A DNA stretch of 64,000 nt from Octopus bimaculoides (GCF_001194135.2 NC_068988.1:9045950-9109949), one strand, 5' to 3'. Counted from the first letter of the stretch, positions 1 through 11,464 are shown. Translations and numbers: made by a program. Notes: generated from the letters alone by a model not told the origin.

Positions 1-289
1 CCTTAAAATAGTAGGTTGTCATATATGAGGGCGGGATTTGGTTGCTATTGCTAGCAGATCAGTCAAGCTGCTACATAAAGACACCTACACAAGTGGACCC
101 ATTTCACAGTTCAGTCTTGGCCAAGGGACCACATGGAATCTCCTTTACTGAAGAGGTATCAAATTACAGGAGAGCTCAGTCTGTGATTTACTGTTACAAT
201 TCCTGGTTGATATTGCTTCGCTTCACATAACCTCCTCCCTTCCGATTCCATTAGAAGCTACTGTCATTATATTGACTTTTAAAAAATCT

Positions 290-690
290 TTTGTTTCAGT
301 CATCAGACTGCAGCCATGCTGGAGCACCTTAGAGAATTTGTTAGTCAAATGAATCAACTCCAGTATATATACATATATATATATATATATATTTAAAGTT
401 TACAACTTATTCTCTTGGTGTCTCATGCTGAACCACTAAGTTACAGGGGCGTAAATGTAAACACACCAACACTGGCCATTTGGTGACGATGGGGACAAAC
501 ACACACACACACACACACANNNNNNNNNNNNNNNNNNNNNNNNNNNNNNNNNNNNNNNNNNNNNNNNNNNNNNNNNNNNNNNNNNNNNNNNNNNNNNNNN
601 NNNNNNNNNNNNNAAAATCCACCCACAAGGCCAAGGTTGGACTGGAACTCAGAACCATGTGGTCGGGAAGCGAGCTTCTAAAACAGTCTT
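290..690 (-). mobile_element. tRNA-derived SINE, family A (spans an N gap)
   Basis: Reverse complement of the family A body (gtttcagtcat..gactgcagccatgctggagcacc, aaccactaagttacagggg, aaatccac.cacaaggc) and head (gaaccatgtggtcgggaagcgagcttct); matches the full copy at 57929-58318. Confidence 0.8.
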
Positions 691-984
691 CACCACAACC
701 ACCACCACCACCACCACCACCACCATCACAACTACCAAGACCACCACCCCACCCCCACCACTGCCAGGCTTCGGTCAGTTGTGAAGAGAATTTCTCAGAT
801 TAAGACCATGAACTGTAATGGTCAATATTTATTGGAGAAGAGAGATTTTTTAACTTCAATACTTTTCTGGGGTGGATTAAAAGGGTAGCAGTTGGGTACT
901 GAGGGGTCTATTTCATTCAGTCATTGTTTTAATAACATATAAGAACAAAATAAAAATTCTTTAAAAAACTCAAAAACACACCAC

Positions 985-1136
985 CACCACAACTATCATC
1001 ATCATCATCATCACTACCAACACCAGTGGTGATGCTTGTGGTAGTAGTCGCAATAACAGCAGCAACAGTAGTAGTATTAGTAGTAGTAGTTGTAGTAGAA
1101 GTAGTAGTAGTTGTAGTAGCAGTAGTTGTTGTAGTA

Positions 1137-1173
<37 letters not shown>

Positions 1174-1380
1174 CTGTAGTATTAGTAGTTGTAGTAGTAG
1201 ATGTAGTAGTAGTTGTAGTAGTAGATGTAGTAGTAGTAGTAGTACCAGCAATAATAGTAGTAGTTGTAGTAGTAGTAGTAGTACCAGCAATAGTAGTGGT
1301 AGTAGTAGTAGCAGTAGTATTAACAGCAGCAGTAGTAGTAGTAGTAGTAGTAGCAGCAGCAGTTATAATAGTAGTAAGAG
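985..1380. repeat. Compound trinucleotide microsatellite (CAC/ATC then GTA/GCA/GTT)
   Basis: Visible (gta)n tract with interspersed gca/gtt; it produces the poly-V and poly-L ORFs in the track. Confidence 0.95.
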
Positions 1381-2534
1381 GTTAAGGGTTGTGTCAATGA
1401 TAACAACAGCATTTTCTCTAGAAACTCTCAGATTCACCAAAACATTATCATTATTGTTGTTGTTCTTGCTGATGTTGTTGTAAAGTCTGATAATGGAAAT
1501 TGGAAATGCCAAGATATTGTCAAAAAGAAAAAAAAAAATTCAAAAATAAATAATGAGAAATATATTTCTGCCATCTTCATATTACTTTTATTCGTCGTTA
1601 ATTATAATGGTAATAATAATAATAATAATAATAATTATTATTATTATTGCAGTCCTTTTTAAGTCGTTAGTTTGTTTTAATTAATTCTAGTGTTTGTCAG
1701 ATCAACAACAACAACAAAAAAAAAATTTACAGAATAAAAAAGTCTGTAAGGTAAAAAGTAAAGAGAAAAAAAAAGCACCAAAAATAAAAAGGGTAACTAT
1801 AAATAAGTAGAAACTGAGGTTTATTGAGAAATGTCAAAGGTGGTAGGGGAGGGGCATGGAGACATGAGTAGTGGTGAGAGGAAGAAAGAATGTAGGTATG
1901 TGTATGTGTGTGAGAGAAAGTCAGAGTAAGAGTGTGTGTGGTGGGAGAGAGAGAGGGAGAGACAGTGTGAAAGAAAGCGGTCGTATGTATGTGTGTGTGT
2001 GTGAGAGAGAGAGACAGGGAGGGTAAGAGAGTGAAAAGCTGTGTGTGTGTGTGTGAGGGAGAGAGAACGACACTATGTGAGAGGATGAGAAAGAGAGAGA
2101 GAGGGAAAAACAGTATGTGAAAGAGAGAAAGAAGGACAGTGAATGGGTGTGCGTGAGAGGGAGACAGAGAGTGGGTCTATTTAAAGATTTGACAATCGCA
2201 AAAAGATTACATCAACTGAGATGCACACACAAACGCAGACACGCACTAGTACATGTGCACACATGAGACAACGAGAAATAAACGCAGGGTCAAGAGTAAA
2301 TCAAAGTTCCTGACAAGCATTCTGCCGCATCTGAGATTCACCTTGACCACTGTCCACTCTCTCTCCCTCAGAAAACAAACTTCATTTTACAACTGTCCCA
2401 CATATGTATTTATTCAGTTTAATTTATAAAAGCAAACTTAAATAATAAGTCAAACAAGTTGCCAAAATGCATGACTTATGCAAATCAGTTTCGCCTATTT
2501 AGAGCCCTTGATAATGGACTATATATATATACAT

Positions 2535-2590
2535 ACACACACACACGCGCATTTTTATGTGTAAGTGCTCTTTGGGATAGTAATGGATGG
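2535..2590 (+). ncRNA. Possible degenerate hammerhead-ribozyme-like motif
   Basis: CTGATGA (2542-2548) - gatcactgaataggaat - GAAAC (2566-2570) - cagccttGTC; core elements are in type I order but helices II and III are imperfect. Confidence 0.2.
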
Positions 2591-3374
2591 ATACTCAGTT
2601 GCTGATGAGATCACTGAATAGGAATGAAACCAGCCTTGTCCATTTATTTCAGCTTAATTTACAAATGTTGGTTGAAATCTATAGATTTATTTTATATTTC
2701 ATAATGCCGCTTAAACAAAACAATTAGCACATCATTAATTTATTTACTGAACTAGCTGCTGAGAATGCTAATAATGTCTTGAAGGAAAATATGGTCATGG
2801 AAGATCTTTTACAAAGAAACAGTTCTAGAATAAAGAGTTTGAGAAATTCCTTTCATAATGGAACTTAGGGGTGAGATACAGAAGGAATGCTGGTGAGAGG
2901 TAGATGGTATGACTGGATTGGTGGAAATAATGAGATATGGATTGCTTGTTCAAAGGATCAGCAACTATTGTTAATTACAGTAGCAATTACAGAATCTGCA
3001 ATGCCTGTGTGTGTGTTGGTTTGCCCTAAAAGTCAGATAATTGGTATGGATTAAATGAAATCGCAGTGGAATGCTTTGGAAGTAGCTGGCGCTATATTGG
3101 AGATGAGAGGAATAATTATATTAATTATATTTATTAATGTTAAAGAGAAAACCCTACGTTGCCACAGTAAAAGTACACTAACGAAGATACAATAAGCTAG
3201 AGTTAACAAATATAGACAAAAGTACAAATACAAATGTGTGTGTATGTGTGTGTGTGTGTGTGTCTGAACATGTGTGTGTGTAGTAAATACAATAAACATC
3301 AGAAAGAATTGCACAGTAAGAACAAGGTTGACAAATTTGGTATTAGCTTGATGCATTAGATAGAAAAAAGATGG

Positions 3375-3415
3375 TGTCTTAACGTTTTGGTCATTAGTCC
3401 TTCATCAGAACAAAA
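3375..3415 (-). ncRNA. Degenerate minimal hammerhead-ribozyme-like motif (Penelope-like element relic)
   Basis: Minus strand reads CTGATGA-AGGAC-TAAT-GACC-AAAA-CGTT, the layout of PLE-type minimal hammerheads (CUGAUGA, helix II, GAAA, palindromic ACGU), with GAAA changed to AAAA. Confidence 0.35.
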
Positions 3416-3495
3416 ACTTGAAATCTGTGTAGTTAAGAAGCTTGCTTCACAACTCTGTGAAGCTTCAGTCCCACTGGATGGCAAACTGACAGAAG

Positions 3496-3549
<54 letters not shown>

Positions 3550-3550
<1 letters not shown>

Positions 3551-3654
3551 GATTGGAGCCTGGTGTTGCCATCCGGTTTCACCAGTCCTCAGTCAAATCG
3601 TCCAACCCATGCTAGCATGGAAAGCGGACGTTAAACGATGATGATGATGATGAT
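3550..3654 (+). mobile_element. RTE-LINE 3' end (family C), short 5'-truncated copy
   Basis: agattggagcctggtg...ccaacccatgctagcatggaaagcggacgttaaacgatgatg with (GAT)n tail; same terminus as many other copies in the window. Confidence 0.8.
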
Positions 3655-3914
3655 ATATATATATATGTAATACGACAAATTGTTTTGTAACTTAAAAGCA
3701 TGTAAATAATTTATATTATATTCACATGTCTATTATATTATTATATTTAGATGTTTTTAAGTTATGAAACAATTTGTTGTGATATTAGAATTTTCACACA
3801 CACACTGATACACATCTGTGCCAGTCTGTCTCATATATTTTAACCTCTCGACAACTAGCATAAAGTCACTTCTCCCTCTACTTCAACCTCACTCAGTTGA
3901 GGGAGCCTCTTTGG

Positions 3915-4095
3915 TTTTGCACAAGTGCAGGTGTCACGAAAAAGGAGGTAGAGTACTCTCTGTGAAATGGTTGGCATTAGATGGGTATCCAGCAACAAAA
4001 ACCTTTCTAAAGGTGACACCGGACCTCAACACCATCCTCTGGCTAATTGGATTCTGTCAAGCCATCCAACCCATGCCAGCACAAAGACAGATGTT
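3915..4095 (+). mobile_element. Family C, diverged copy
   Basis: gtgcaggtgtcacgaaaaagg...tggttggcattagatgggtatccagc...ccaacccatgccagc, a diverged match to family C. Confidence 0.65.
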
Positions 4096-4123
4096 ACATA
4101 ATTATATGTGTGTGTGTGTGTGT

Positions 4124-4287
4124 GGTTGAATATATTTTACGACAGATGTTTCGGTAGAATTTTATTGATGTATTCACAGATAACATCATAGCAGATATTC
4201 CACCATATGGTGAATTATACGCCATGGTATAATCTATGAAATACACCAATAAAATACTACCGAAACAGCTGTTGTGAATTTTAAACC
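4124..4287. repeat. Long imperfect palindrome / fold-back element
   Basis: Left arm acagatgtttcggtagaattttattgatgtattcacagataacatcatagc (4142-4192) is the reverse complement, with scattered mismatches, of the right arm gccatggtataatctatgaaatacaccaataaaatactaccgaaacagctgt (4221-4272); central perfect palindrome caccatatggtg (4201-4212). Confidence 0.85.
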
Positions 4288-5148
4288 TTATTTATGTTCT
4301 TTTTTTATTCCACATTTATTCCCTATTATGTACCTATGTTGCACCTACAACCAGCCCTTCAGATCTTCCATTTAAATAGGAACTGACACTCACACATCTA
4401 CAGTATCCTATCAACACATAATACCTTCACTGTAAACCCTATGTTATTGCACCTAGCCACTTCTGGCCTCCTACATGCTGATGTGCCTGGATTCTAACGA
4501 ATCCTGTAACTAATCAATATGTTTAGATGTATATTATGAAATTTCATGATTGGTGTCTGACCAATTCTCTAACCCGTTCATCAACTGTTTAGTCAGACGA
4601 TAAATATGCATGGACAGTATCTTCCAGCAAAATAAGCGAGGTAGGGAAGGGTCGAGTAGGTTTAAGCTGATGGAACTTGCAGGAAGTCTACGAAGAGCCA
4701 GACTCTTGTCAAACAATGTCTTTTGCTCAGCTGGTGACATTTCTGAAAGATGATAGTTCCTTGTGGCCATGTATGTTTTTTTATCGATTTTGTTTTTTTT
4801 AGGATAAATGAAAACCATTTTATTTTATTCATGGAAAATACTACAGTCTTTCTCCTCTCTCTCTCTCTCACACACACACACACATCTAATGAGGTAGACA
4901 GACATAGACAAACAGACAGAAACTCCTCGTTGATCTATACCTTTTGCTTTGAATGGAATACAATAGCAAAAAAAAAAAAAAAACTGTGCAGAAGCCTGGT
5001 ATGTGCATGTGTGTGTCTGCGTGTGTTTCGGAAAATTTTGATGTATTACTGCTGTAAACGTTAAGTCATCATCTAACACAAAAACTATTGTTTTCTATAA
5101 AGCCAACACCACTGACGGCTACTTAGAGATAATAATAATAATAATAAT

Positions 5149-5183
<35 letters not shown>

Positions 5184-5215
5184 TAATAACAATAATAATA
5201 TTCTTTTCTACTCTA

Positions 5216-5405
5216 GGCACAAGCCCCGAAATTTTGGGAGAGGGGGCCAGTCGATTACAGTATGCAACTGGTACTTAATTTATCGACCCCTAAAGGATGA
5301 AAGGCAAAGCCGACCTCGGCAGAATTTGAACTCAGAACGTAAAGGCAGACGAAATACTGCTAAGCATTTCGCCCTGTGTGCTAACGTTTCTGCCAGCTCG
5401 CTGCC
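5216..5405 (-). mobile_element. tRNA-derived SINE, family B
   Basis: In SINE sense: A-box-like TGGCAGAAACG, B-box GAGTTCAAATTC, central gtcg(a)ctttgcctttcatcctt..ggggtcgataaattaagtaccag, 3' gcttgtgcctagagtagaaaag and (TTA)n tail. Confidence 0.88.
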
Positions 5406-5499
5406 AAATAATAATAATGTTGTTCACATCATAAGACTGATTTTTTTCTCTGCAGTATTTACATGTTATCATTTATAGCTTTATCTCTTTCGAGAACCA

Positions 5500-5740
5500 G
5501 TTTCAAAATTATTAATACCTTATTGGCCACAAGGGCCAAAAACATATTTAAGACATTACAAAGACAAAGAGCAGTGGGGATTTACATAAACATATATAGA
5601 TAATTTTAAAAAAATAAACAAATATGATTAATGAGAAATGAAATAACAAAATTGTCTTGTTAGGAAGAGAGTATTAGCCAGGGGCAACCAAGGAACCTCA
5701 ATGACTGGGGATCAAGCCCAGGGTGCTACATGGATGTGTC
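5500..5740 (-). mobile_element. Short LINE 3' end (Tx1/L1-like tail family)
   Basis: Minus strand ends ...ggcccttgtggccaataa and contains ttccttggttgcccctg, shared with the copy at 27545-27900. Confidence 0.55.
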
Positions 5741-5749
5741 ATTTTACAA

Positions 5750-6400
5750 GGAGGAAAAGGAAGAGGAGGAAGGGAAGGTGACAGAAAAGATGAAGAACAA
5801 GAAGATGAAGAAGAAGTAAATGAGAAAGAGAAAAGAGGAAGAAGGCAAAGGAAAAGAAGGAAAGGGTGAAGGAGAGAAGATGCAAGAAGACTGAATGGAC
5901 AAGGAAGATTATGAAGAATCAAGACAAAGAAGATGGAGGAGATGTAGGAGGAGAAGGAGGAGTAGGTGGAAGAGAAGCAGGAGTAGTAAGAGTAGGAGGA
6001 GGAAGAAAAGGAGAAGCAGGAGGAGGAGGTGGAGAAGGAAGAAGCAGATGGAGGGGAAGAAGGAAAAGGAGGTGGAGGTGAAGGAAGAAAAGGAGAAGCC
6101 AAAAGAAGAGAAGCAGGAGGAGGAGAAGGAAGAAAGGGAAAAGAAGAAGAAGAAGAAGAAGAAGAAGAATCAAGACAAAGAAGATGGAGGAGATTGAGAG
6201 GAGATGTAGGAGGAGATGTAGGAGGAGAAGGAGGAGTAGGTGGAAGAGAAGCAGGAGTAGTAAGAGTAGGAGGAAGAAAAGGAGAAGCAGAAGGAAGAGA
6301 AGCAGGAGAAGAAGAAGAAGACGAAGAAGAATTGGAAGAAGAAGAATTGGAAGTAGAAGAAGAAGAAGAAGAAGAAGAAGAAGAAGAAGAAGAAGAAGAA
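5750..6400. repeat. Polypurine (GAA/GGA) low-complexity tract with an internal ~110-bp duplication
   Basis: Plus strand almost all A/G; block gaagaatcaagacaaagaagatggagga...gtagtaagagtaggagg occurs at ~5913-6020 and ~6164-6290. Confidence 0.9.
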
Positions 6401-6879
6401 GCGTTGTTGGTTCTCTGTGATAATGTATGACAGACGAGTGACAAGCTGTTAATATAATTTAGGAATGATGCATCAACTAAGTCCGTCACTTATTCCTAAA
6501 CCTCCAACCAAACTAAAGAATCTCGCAGCATCAGCAAATGATGTCCCTTCTTTTCCCCGTTTCTTCTCCATTTTCTTTTTGGTTTGGGGACAGTAAATGG
6601 CACAGAGACATCAGCATGGATCCTTTTATTTCTATAATGTGAAAAACTGGAGAAAGAACTAAAAGAGTGGTTTCAAGGATTCTGCTATTAAATTTCTTTT
6701 TTTTTAGATTCTACTCTCTCCTTTTCTGATGCCATTCTTGTATCGTCTTCTGCAGCTGGTGACTCATACAGATCCAACACTTCCAGTTCCGACCAATAAC
6801 AATTAAACCCAAACCAAGAAGGGAACCACAGCCTAGAATTTTTCTGTTTATGTTTTTATTGTGTAGCATAATAATAACA

Positions 6880-7530
6880 GATGTGGCTGTGTGGTTAAAA
6901 AGCATGTTTCCCAAACATGTGGTCCTGGGTTCAGTCCCACTGTGCAACACCTTGGACAAGTATTTTCTATTATGACCTTGGGCCAACCAAAGCCTTGTAA
7001 GTGGATTTTGTAGAAGGAAACTGAAAGAAGTTCATTTTATAACTATGTATTGATGTGTGTGCATGTATGTGTGTTAAAGTGTATCCTAGTCTAGGCGTCA
7101 CAAAATGATCGTAGATGAGCATCACTGTGATACAAGCGAGGTTGTTTGTTTCCTGCATTGCAATAAAACTATGTCCAACCATAGGAAATATTGATTTCAC
7201 ATTTTTGACACAAGGCCAGCAATTTCGGGTGTGGGGTAAATTGATTACATTGACCCCAGTACTCAACTGGTGCCTATTTTATCAACCTTAAAAGGATGAG
7301 AGGCAAAGTTAAACCCGAATGAAATCTGAACTCAGAACATAAAGACAGATGAAATACCAGTGAGCATTTTGCTTGATAAGCTACCGATTCTGCTAGCTTA
7401 GCCATAGGAAATATTATCTTGCTTGGAAATAGGTGTTGGCAACAGGAAAAGCATCCAACCATAGAAAATCTACCTCGATAAACTGTCTGACCCATGCAAG
7501 CATAGAAAAGTTGTTTAATGATGATGGTGA
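6880..7530 (+). mobile_element. SINE family A variant (A head + family-C-like 3' tail), interrupted by a family B copy
   Basis: Head tggctgtgtggtt...ggttcagtcccactg...ggaaactgaaagaag; the body resumes after 7401 and ends ggaaaagcatccaaccatagaaaatc...acccatgcaagcatagaaaag + (GAT)n. Confidence 0.7.
7193..7401 (-). mobile_element. SINE family B with 14-bp target-site duplication
   Basis: Family B sequence flanked by exact ccataggaaatatt at 7179-7192 and 7402-7415. Confidence 0.82.
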
Positions 7531-7721
7531 TGTATGTCTACATATTTCATACTGAAATGCATTTTGTCTGACTCTAAGGATTGTGCCAACATCAGCCAAA
7601 CTTAGACTCTACCCTCTGGGGTATAAAAGCAAACAAAAAGAGGTGCACTGTATAATGTGGATGCACATACACCTAAAAATGGATGGGGTGGTCATAACTG
7701 GAACATAACTGGTATGATCAC

Positions 7722-8030
7722 ATCATCATCATCATCGTTTAATGTCTGCTTTCCATGCTAGCATGGGTTGGGACGATTTGACTGAGGACTAGTGAAACCA
7801 GATGGCTACACCAGGTTCCAATCTGATCTGGCAGAGTTTCTACAGCTGGATACTCTTCCTAATGCCAACCACTCTGAGAGTGTAGTGGGTGCTTTTACGT
7901 GCCACCGGCACGAGGGCCAGTCACACGGTACTGGCAACGGCCATGCTCAAAAAGGTGTTTTGTACGTGCCACTTGCACGGGAGCCAGTCCAGCAGCACTG
8001 GCAACGACCTTGCTCGAATGATTTTCTAAC
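7722..8030 (-). mobile_element. Family C (RTE 3' end)
   Basis: catcatcgtttaatgtctgctttccatgctagcatgggttgg...cttcctaatgccaaccactctgagagtgtagtgggtgc, the reverse complement of family C including its ~65-bp subunits. Confidence 0.85.
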
Positions 8031-8482
8031 GTCCCCAATCTTTAATCAAAGGTATGATTACATCCTCAATCTTTNNNNNNNNNNNNNNNNNNNNNNNNNN
8101 NNNNNNNNNNNNNNNNNNNNNNNNNNNNNNNNNNNNNNNNNNNNNNNNNNNNNNNNNNNNNNNNNNNNNNNNNNNNNNNNNNNNNNNNNNNNNNNNNNNN
8201 NNNNNNNNNNNNNNNNNNNNCGTTAAAATTCTTTTTGTCATTTCTTGTTATTCTACTTCGAAGTAAATGTAATTTGCTCAATAGATAAAATTAAAAATAA
8301 ACAGCTTGTATTTAATAAAATTGTAGTGTCTAGCCTAGAAGAAAACTAATTTTTATTTCTTTTTGCAAAAAAAAAAAAAAAAAATCTGTTCTTTCAAAGT
8401 CAGCACTACCATGTATGTATGATGTCAAATCTTAATGTATTACATCACGAGTAAGGAGAACATAATCCTTTCTATTATAGAC

Positions 8483-8690
8483 ACAAGGCCTGGAATTTGT
8501 TGTGAGGAGGCTCGTTGATCACATCAACCCCCGCAACACTTGACTTGTACTTAATTTATTGACCTTCAAAAGGATGAAAGGCAAGGTCGACCCTGGCGGA
8601 ATTTGAACTCAGAACATAAAGACAGATGAAATGCCTACTGCTAAGCATTTCGCCTGGCATTCTAACGATTCTGTCACCTCACCACCTTGA
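8483..8690 (-). mobile_element. SINE family B
   Basis: acaaggcctggaatttg...ggatgaaaggcaaggtcgacc...gaatttgaactcagaac...gctaagcatttcgcctggc. Confidence 0.85.
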
Positions 8691-8804
8691 GTAAAGAAAA
8701 TATAATGTTGAGGGCTAACCATTACAGGGACTATGCTAGGGTAACAGTTGGGTTTAGTTGGACCCATAAATACGTATGTGTGTGTGTGTGTATATATAGA
8801 AATA

Positions 8805-9186
8805 TGCTGGTACTCCATCGCTTACGACGTCGAGTGTTCCAGTTGATCCGATCAACGGAACAGCCTGCTCGTGAAATTAACGTGCAAGTGGCTGAGCACT
8901 CCACGGACACGTGTACCCTTAATGTAGTTCTCGGGGATATTCAGCGTGACACAGTGTGACAAGGCTGACCCTTTGAATTACAGGTACAACAGAAACAGGA
9001 AGTAAGAGTGAGAGAAAATTGTGGTGAAAGAGTAGAGCAGGGTTCGCCACCATCCCCTGCCGGAGCCTCGTGGAGCTTTAGGTGTTTTCGCTCAATAAAC
9101 ACTCACAACGCCCGGTCTGGGAATTGAAACCGCAATCTTATGGCCGCGAGTCTGCTGCCCTAACCACTGAGCCATTGCGCCTCCAC
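8805..9186 (-). mobile_element. tRNA-derived SINE, family D, near full length
   Basis: Minus strand begins gtggaggcgcaaTGGCTCAGTGGttagggcagc (A box) ...GGTTTCAATTCCC (B-box-like); 3' part gatcggatcaactggaacactcgacgtcgtaagcg matches the plus copy at 42768-43075. Confidence 0.85.
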
Positions 9187-9259
9187 ATATATAAACATAT
9201 GTATCATGGTATTGACTGGATCATTGGATGTGGTTATACATCATTGGTCACAATGCGCA

Positions 9260-9660
9260 TTACATTATCTTACCTTTCGAATGATGCCAACTTGCTGGCA
9301 AGGTGAGCAAGCCAACATTCCCCTTGATCGGAAGCCTATCGGGAGCCTATTCCCATCATAGGGTAACCCACTTGCAGCTGAGTCGACTGAGGCAACATGA
9401 AATGAAGTGTTTTGCTCAAGAATACAACGTGCCATACCAGTGATTGTGCCATATCTAAAGCACCTGTGCTGGTGCCACATAAAAAGCCCTCAATACACTC
9501 TGCTAAGGGGTTGACATTAGGTGGGGTATTTAGCAGTAGAAACCAAGCCGAAAACAGACTATGGAACTTGGTGTGGCCTCTGGCCTTGTTAGTTTCTTTC
9601 AAGCCATCTAACCCATACCAGCATGGAAAAATGGACGTTAAATGATGATGATGATGATGA
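9260..9660. mobile_element. Diverged family-D-related SINE fragment (-) abutting a family C copy (+)
   Basis: gaaatgaagtgttttgctcaag (reverse of the D core cttgagcaaaacacttcattt), followed by gtgccacataaaaagc...ccatctaacccataccagcatggaaaaatggacgttaaatgatg. Confidence 0.65.
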
Positions 9661-10999
9661 GGGTGTGTGTATGCCCTTGCCTTGGCATCACACGACAGTT
9701 GTAAACAAGCATCATCGTCATGCAAGCGACGCTGTTTGTATTCATTTTCAGCAGAAGGGGTGGCGGGGGAGAAGGATGCTTATGAATGTCTATGATTTCT
9801 GAGAACCAGGGAGGAAGAAAGGAAGGAAGGAAGGAAACACAGAAAGAAAGGAAGAAAGGAGTGTGTGTGTGAGTGATTGTGTGAGACAGTCTGAGAACAT
9901 ACTTCTGGGCTGTTGCAAGGAAGAAGAAGAAGAAAGCAGACAAAAGAATCCTAGAAGACAGGAACAAACTAAGAGGTGTTTCAATGGATTCCAACTTAAC
10001 CAAAGTTGCCACATTCTTTTGAGAAGGAACCATATGCTTTCTATTTGAAGTATGACATAGAAGACTGTCGAAGGAGATCAAATTCATGACATCACTTGAC
10101 AGTCAAAGAATACTTCGGAGGTGTGGGGGGAGGAGGGGGAGTGAGGTATGGNNNNNNNNNNNNNNNNNNNNNNNNNNNNNNNNNNNNNNNNNNNNNNNNN
10201 NNNNNNNNNNNNNNNNNNNNNNNNNNNNNNNNNNNNNNNNNNNNNNNNNNNNNNNNNNNNNNNNNNNNNNNNNNNNNNNNNNNNNNNNNNNNNNNNNNNN
10301 NNNNNNNNNNNNNNNNNNNNNNNNNNNNNNNNNNNNNNNNNNNNNNNNNNNNNNNNNNNNNNNNNNNNNNNNNNNNNNNNNNNNNNNNNNNNNNNNNNNN
10401 NNNNNNNNNNNNNNNNNNNNNNNNNNNNNNNNNNNNNNNNNNNNNNNNNNNNNNNNNNNNNNNNNNNNNNNNNNNNNNNNNNNNNNNNNNNNNNNNNNNN
10501 NNNNNNNNNNNNNNNNNNNNNNNNNNNNNNNNNNNNNNNNNNNNNNNNNNNNNNNNNNNNNNNNNNNNNNNNNNNNNNNNNNNNNNNNNNNNNNNNNNNN
10601 NNNNNNNNNNNNNNNNNNNNNNNNNNNNNNNNNNNNNNNNNNNNNNNNNNNNNNNNNNNNNNNNNNNNNNNNNNNNNNNNNNNNNNNNNNNNNNNNNNNN
10701 NNNNNNNNNNNNNNNNNNNNNNNNNNNNNNNNNNNNNNNNNNNNNNNNNNNNNNNNNNNNNNNNNNNNNNNNNNNNNNNNNNNNNNNNNNNNNNNNNNNN
10801 NNNNNNNNNNNNNNNNNNNNNNNNNNNNNNNNNNNNNNNNNNNNNNNNNNNNNNNNNNNNNNNNNNNNNNNNNNNNNNNNNNNNNNNNNNNNNNNNNNNN
10901 NNNNNNNNNNNNNNNNNNNNNNNNNNNNNNNNNNNNNNNNNNNNNNNNNNNNNNNNNNNNNNNNNNNNNNNNNNNNNNNTATATATATATTATTCTTTT

Positions 11000-11397
11000 C
11001 TCTTTTACTTATGTCAGTCATTTGACTGTGGCCATGCTGTAGCAGAGTCTTAAAGGGCTTTAATCAAAGAAATTGACCTGAGGATTTATTCTTTGTAAGC
11101 CTATTACTTATTCTATCAGTCTCTTTTGCTGAACCGCTAGTTTACGGGTGTGCATAAAAACATTGACAGCGGCTGTCAAGCAATGGTAGGGGACCAAACA
11201 CAGACACAAGCCCACAGACCAATAAATATATATACAATGAGCTTCTCTCAGTTTCCGTCTACTAAATCCTCTCACAAGGCTTTGGTTAGCTCCAAGCTAT
11301 AGAAGGCACTTGCTCAAGGTGCCACGCAGTGAAACTAAAACCAGAACCATGTGATTGGGCAACAAGCTTCTTACCAAATAGTCATGCCTGCGCCTAT
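11000..11397 (-). mobile_element. SINE family A
   Basis: cagtcatttgactgtggccatgctg...cagtttccgtctactaaatcc...aaggtgccacgcagtg...gcctgcgcct. Confidence 0.85.
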
Positions 11398-11425
11398 GTA
11401 TATATATACATGTACATATACTCAT

Positions 11426-11464
<39 letters not shown>

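Noticed and set aside
2270-2345. Minus-strand VNLRCGR as the next glypican exon
   Set aside because: Superficially like GPC5 VNRICGR and in phase 0, but there is no polypyrimidine tract, no good donor before the stop, and no further similarity.
4478-4510. CTGATGTG...GGATTC-TAAC-GAATCC as a hammerhead
   Set aside because: Good stem, but the core is CTGATGT and no GAAA follows.
4534-4818. 94-aa minus ORF as a glypican exon
   Set aside because: No glypican motif (no CWNG, no conserved Cys spacing), wrong phase at the best acceptor, and no donor.
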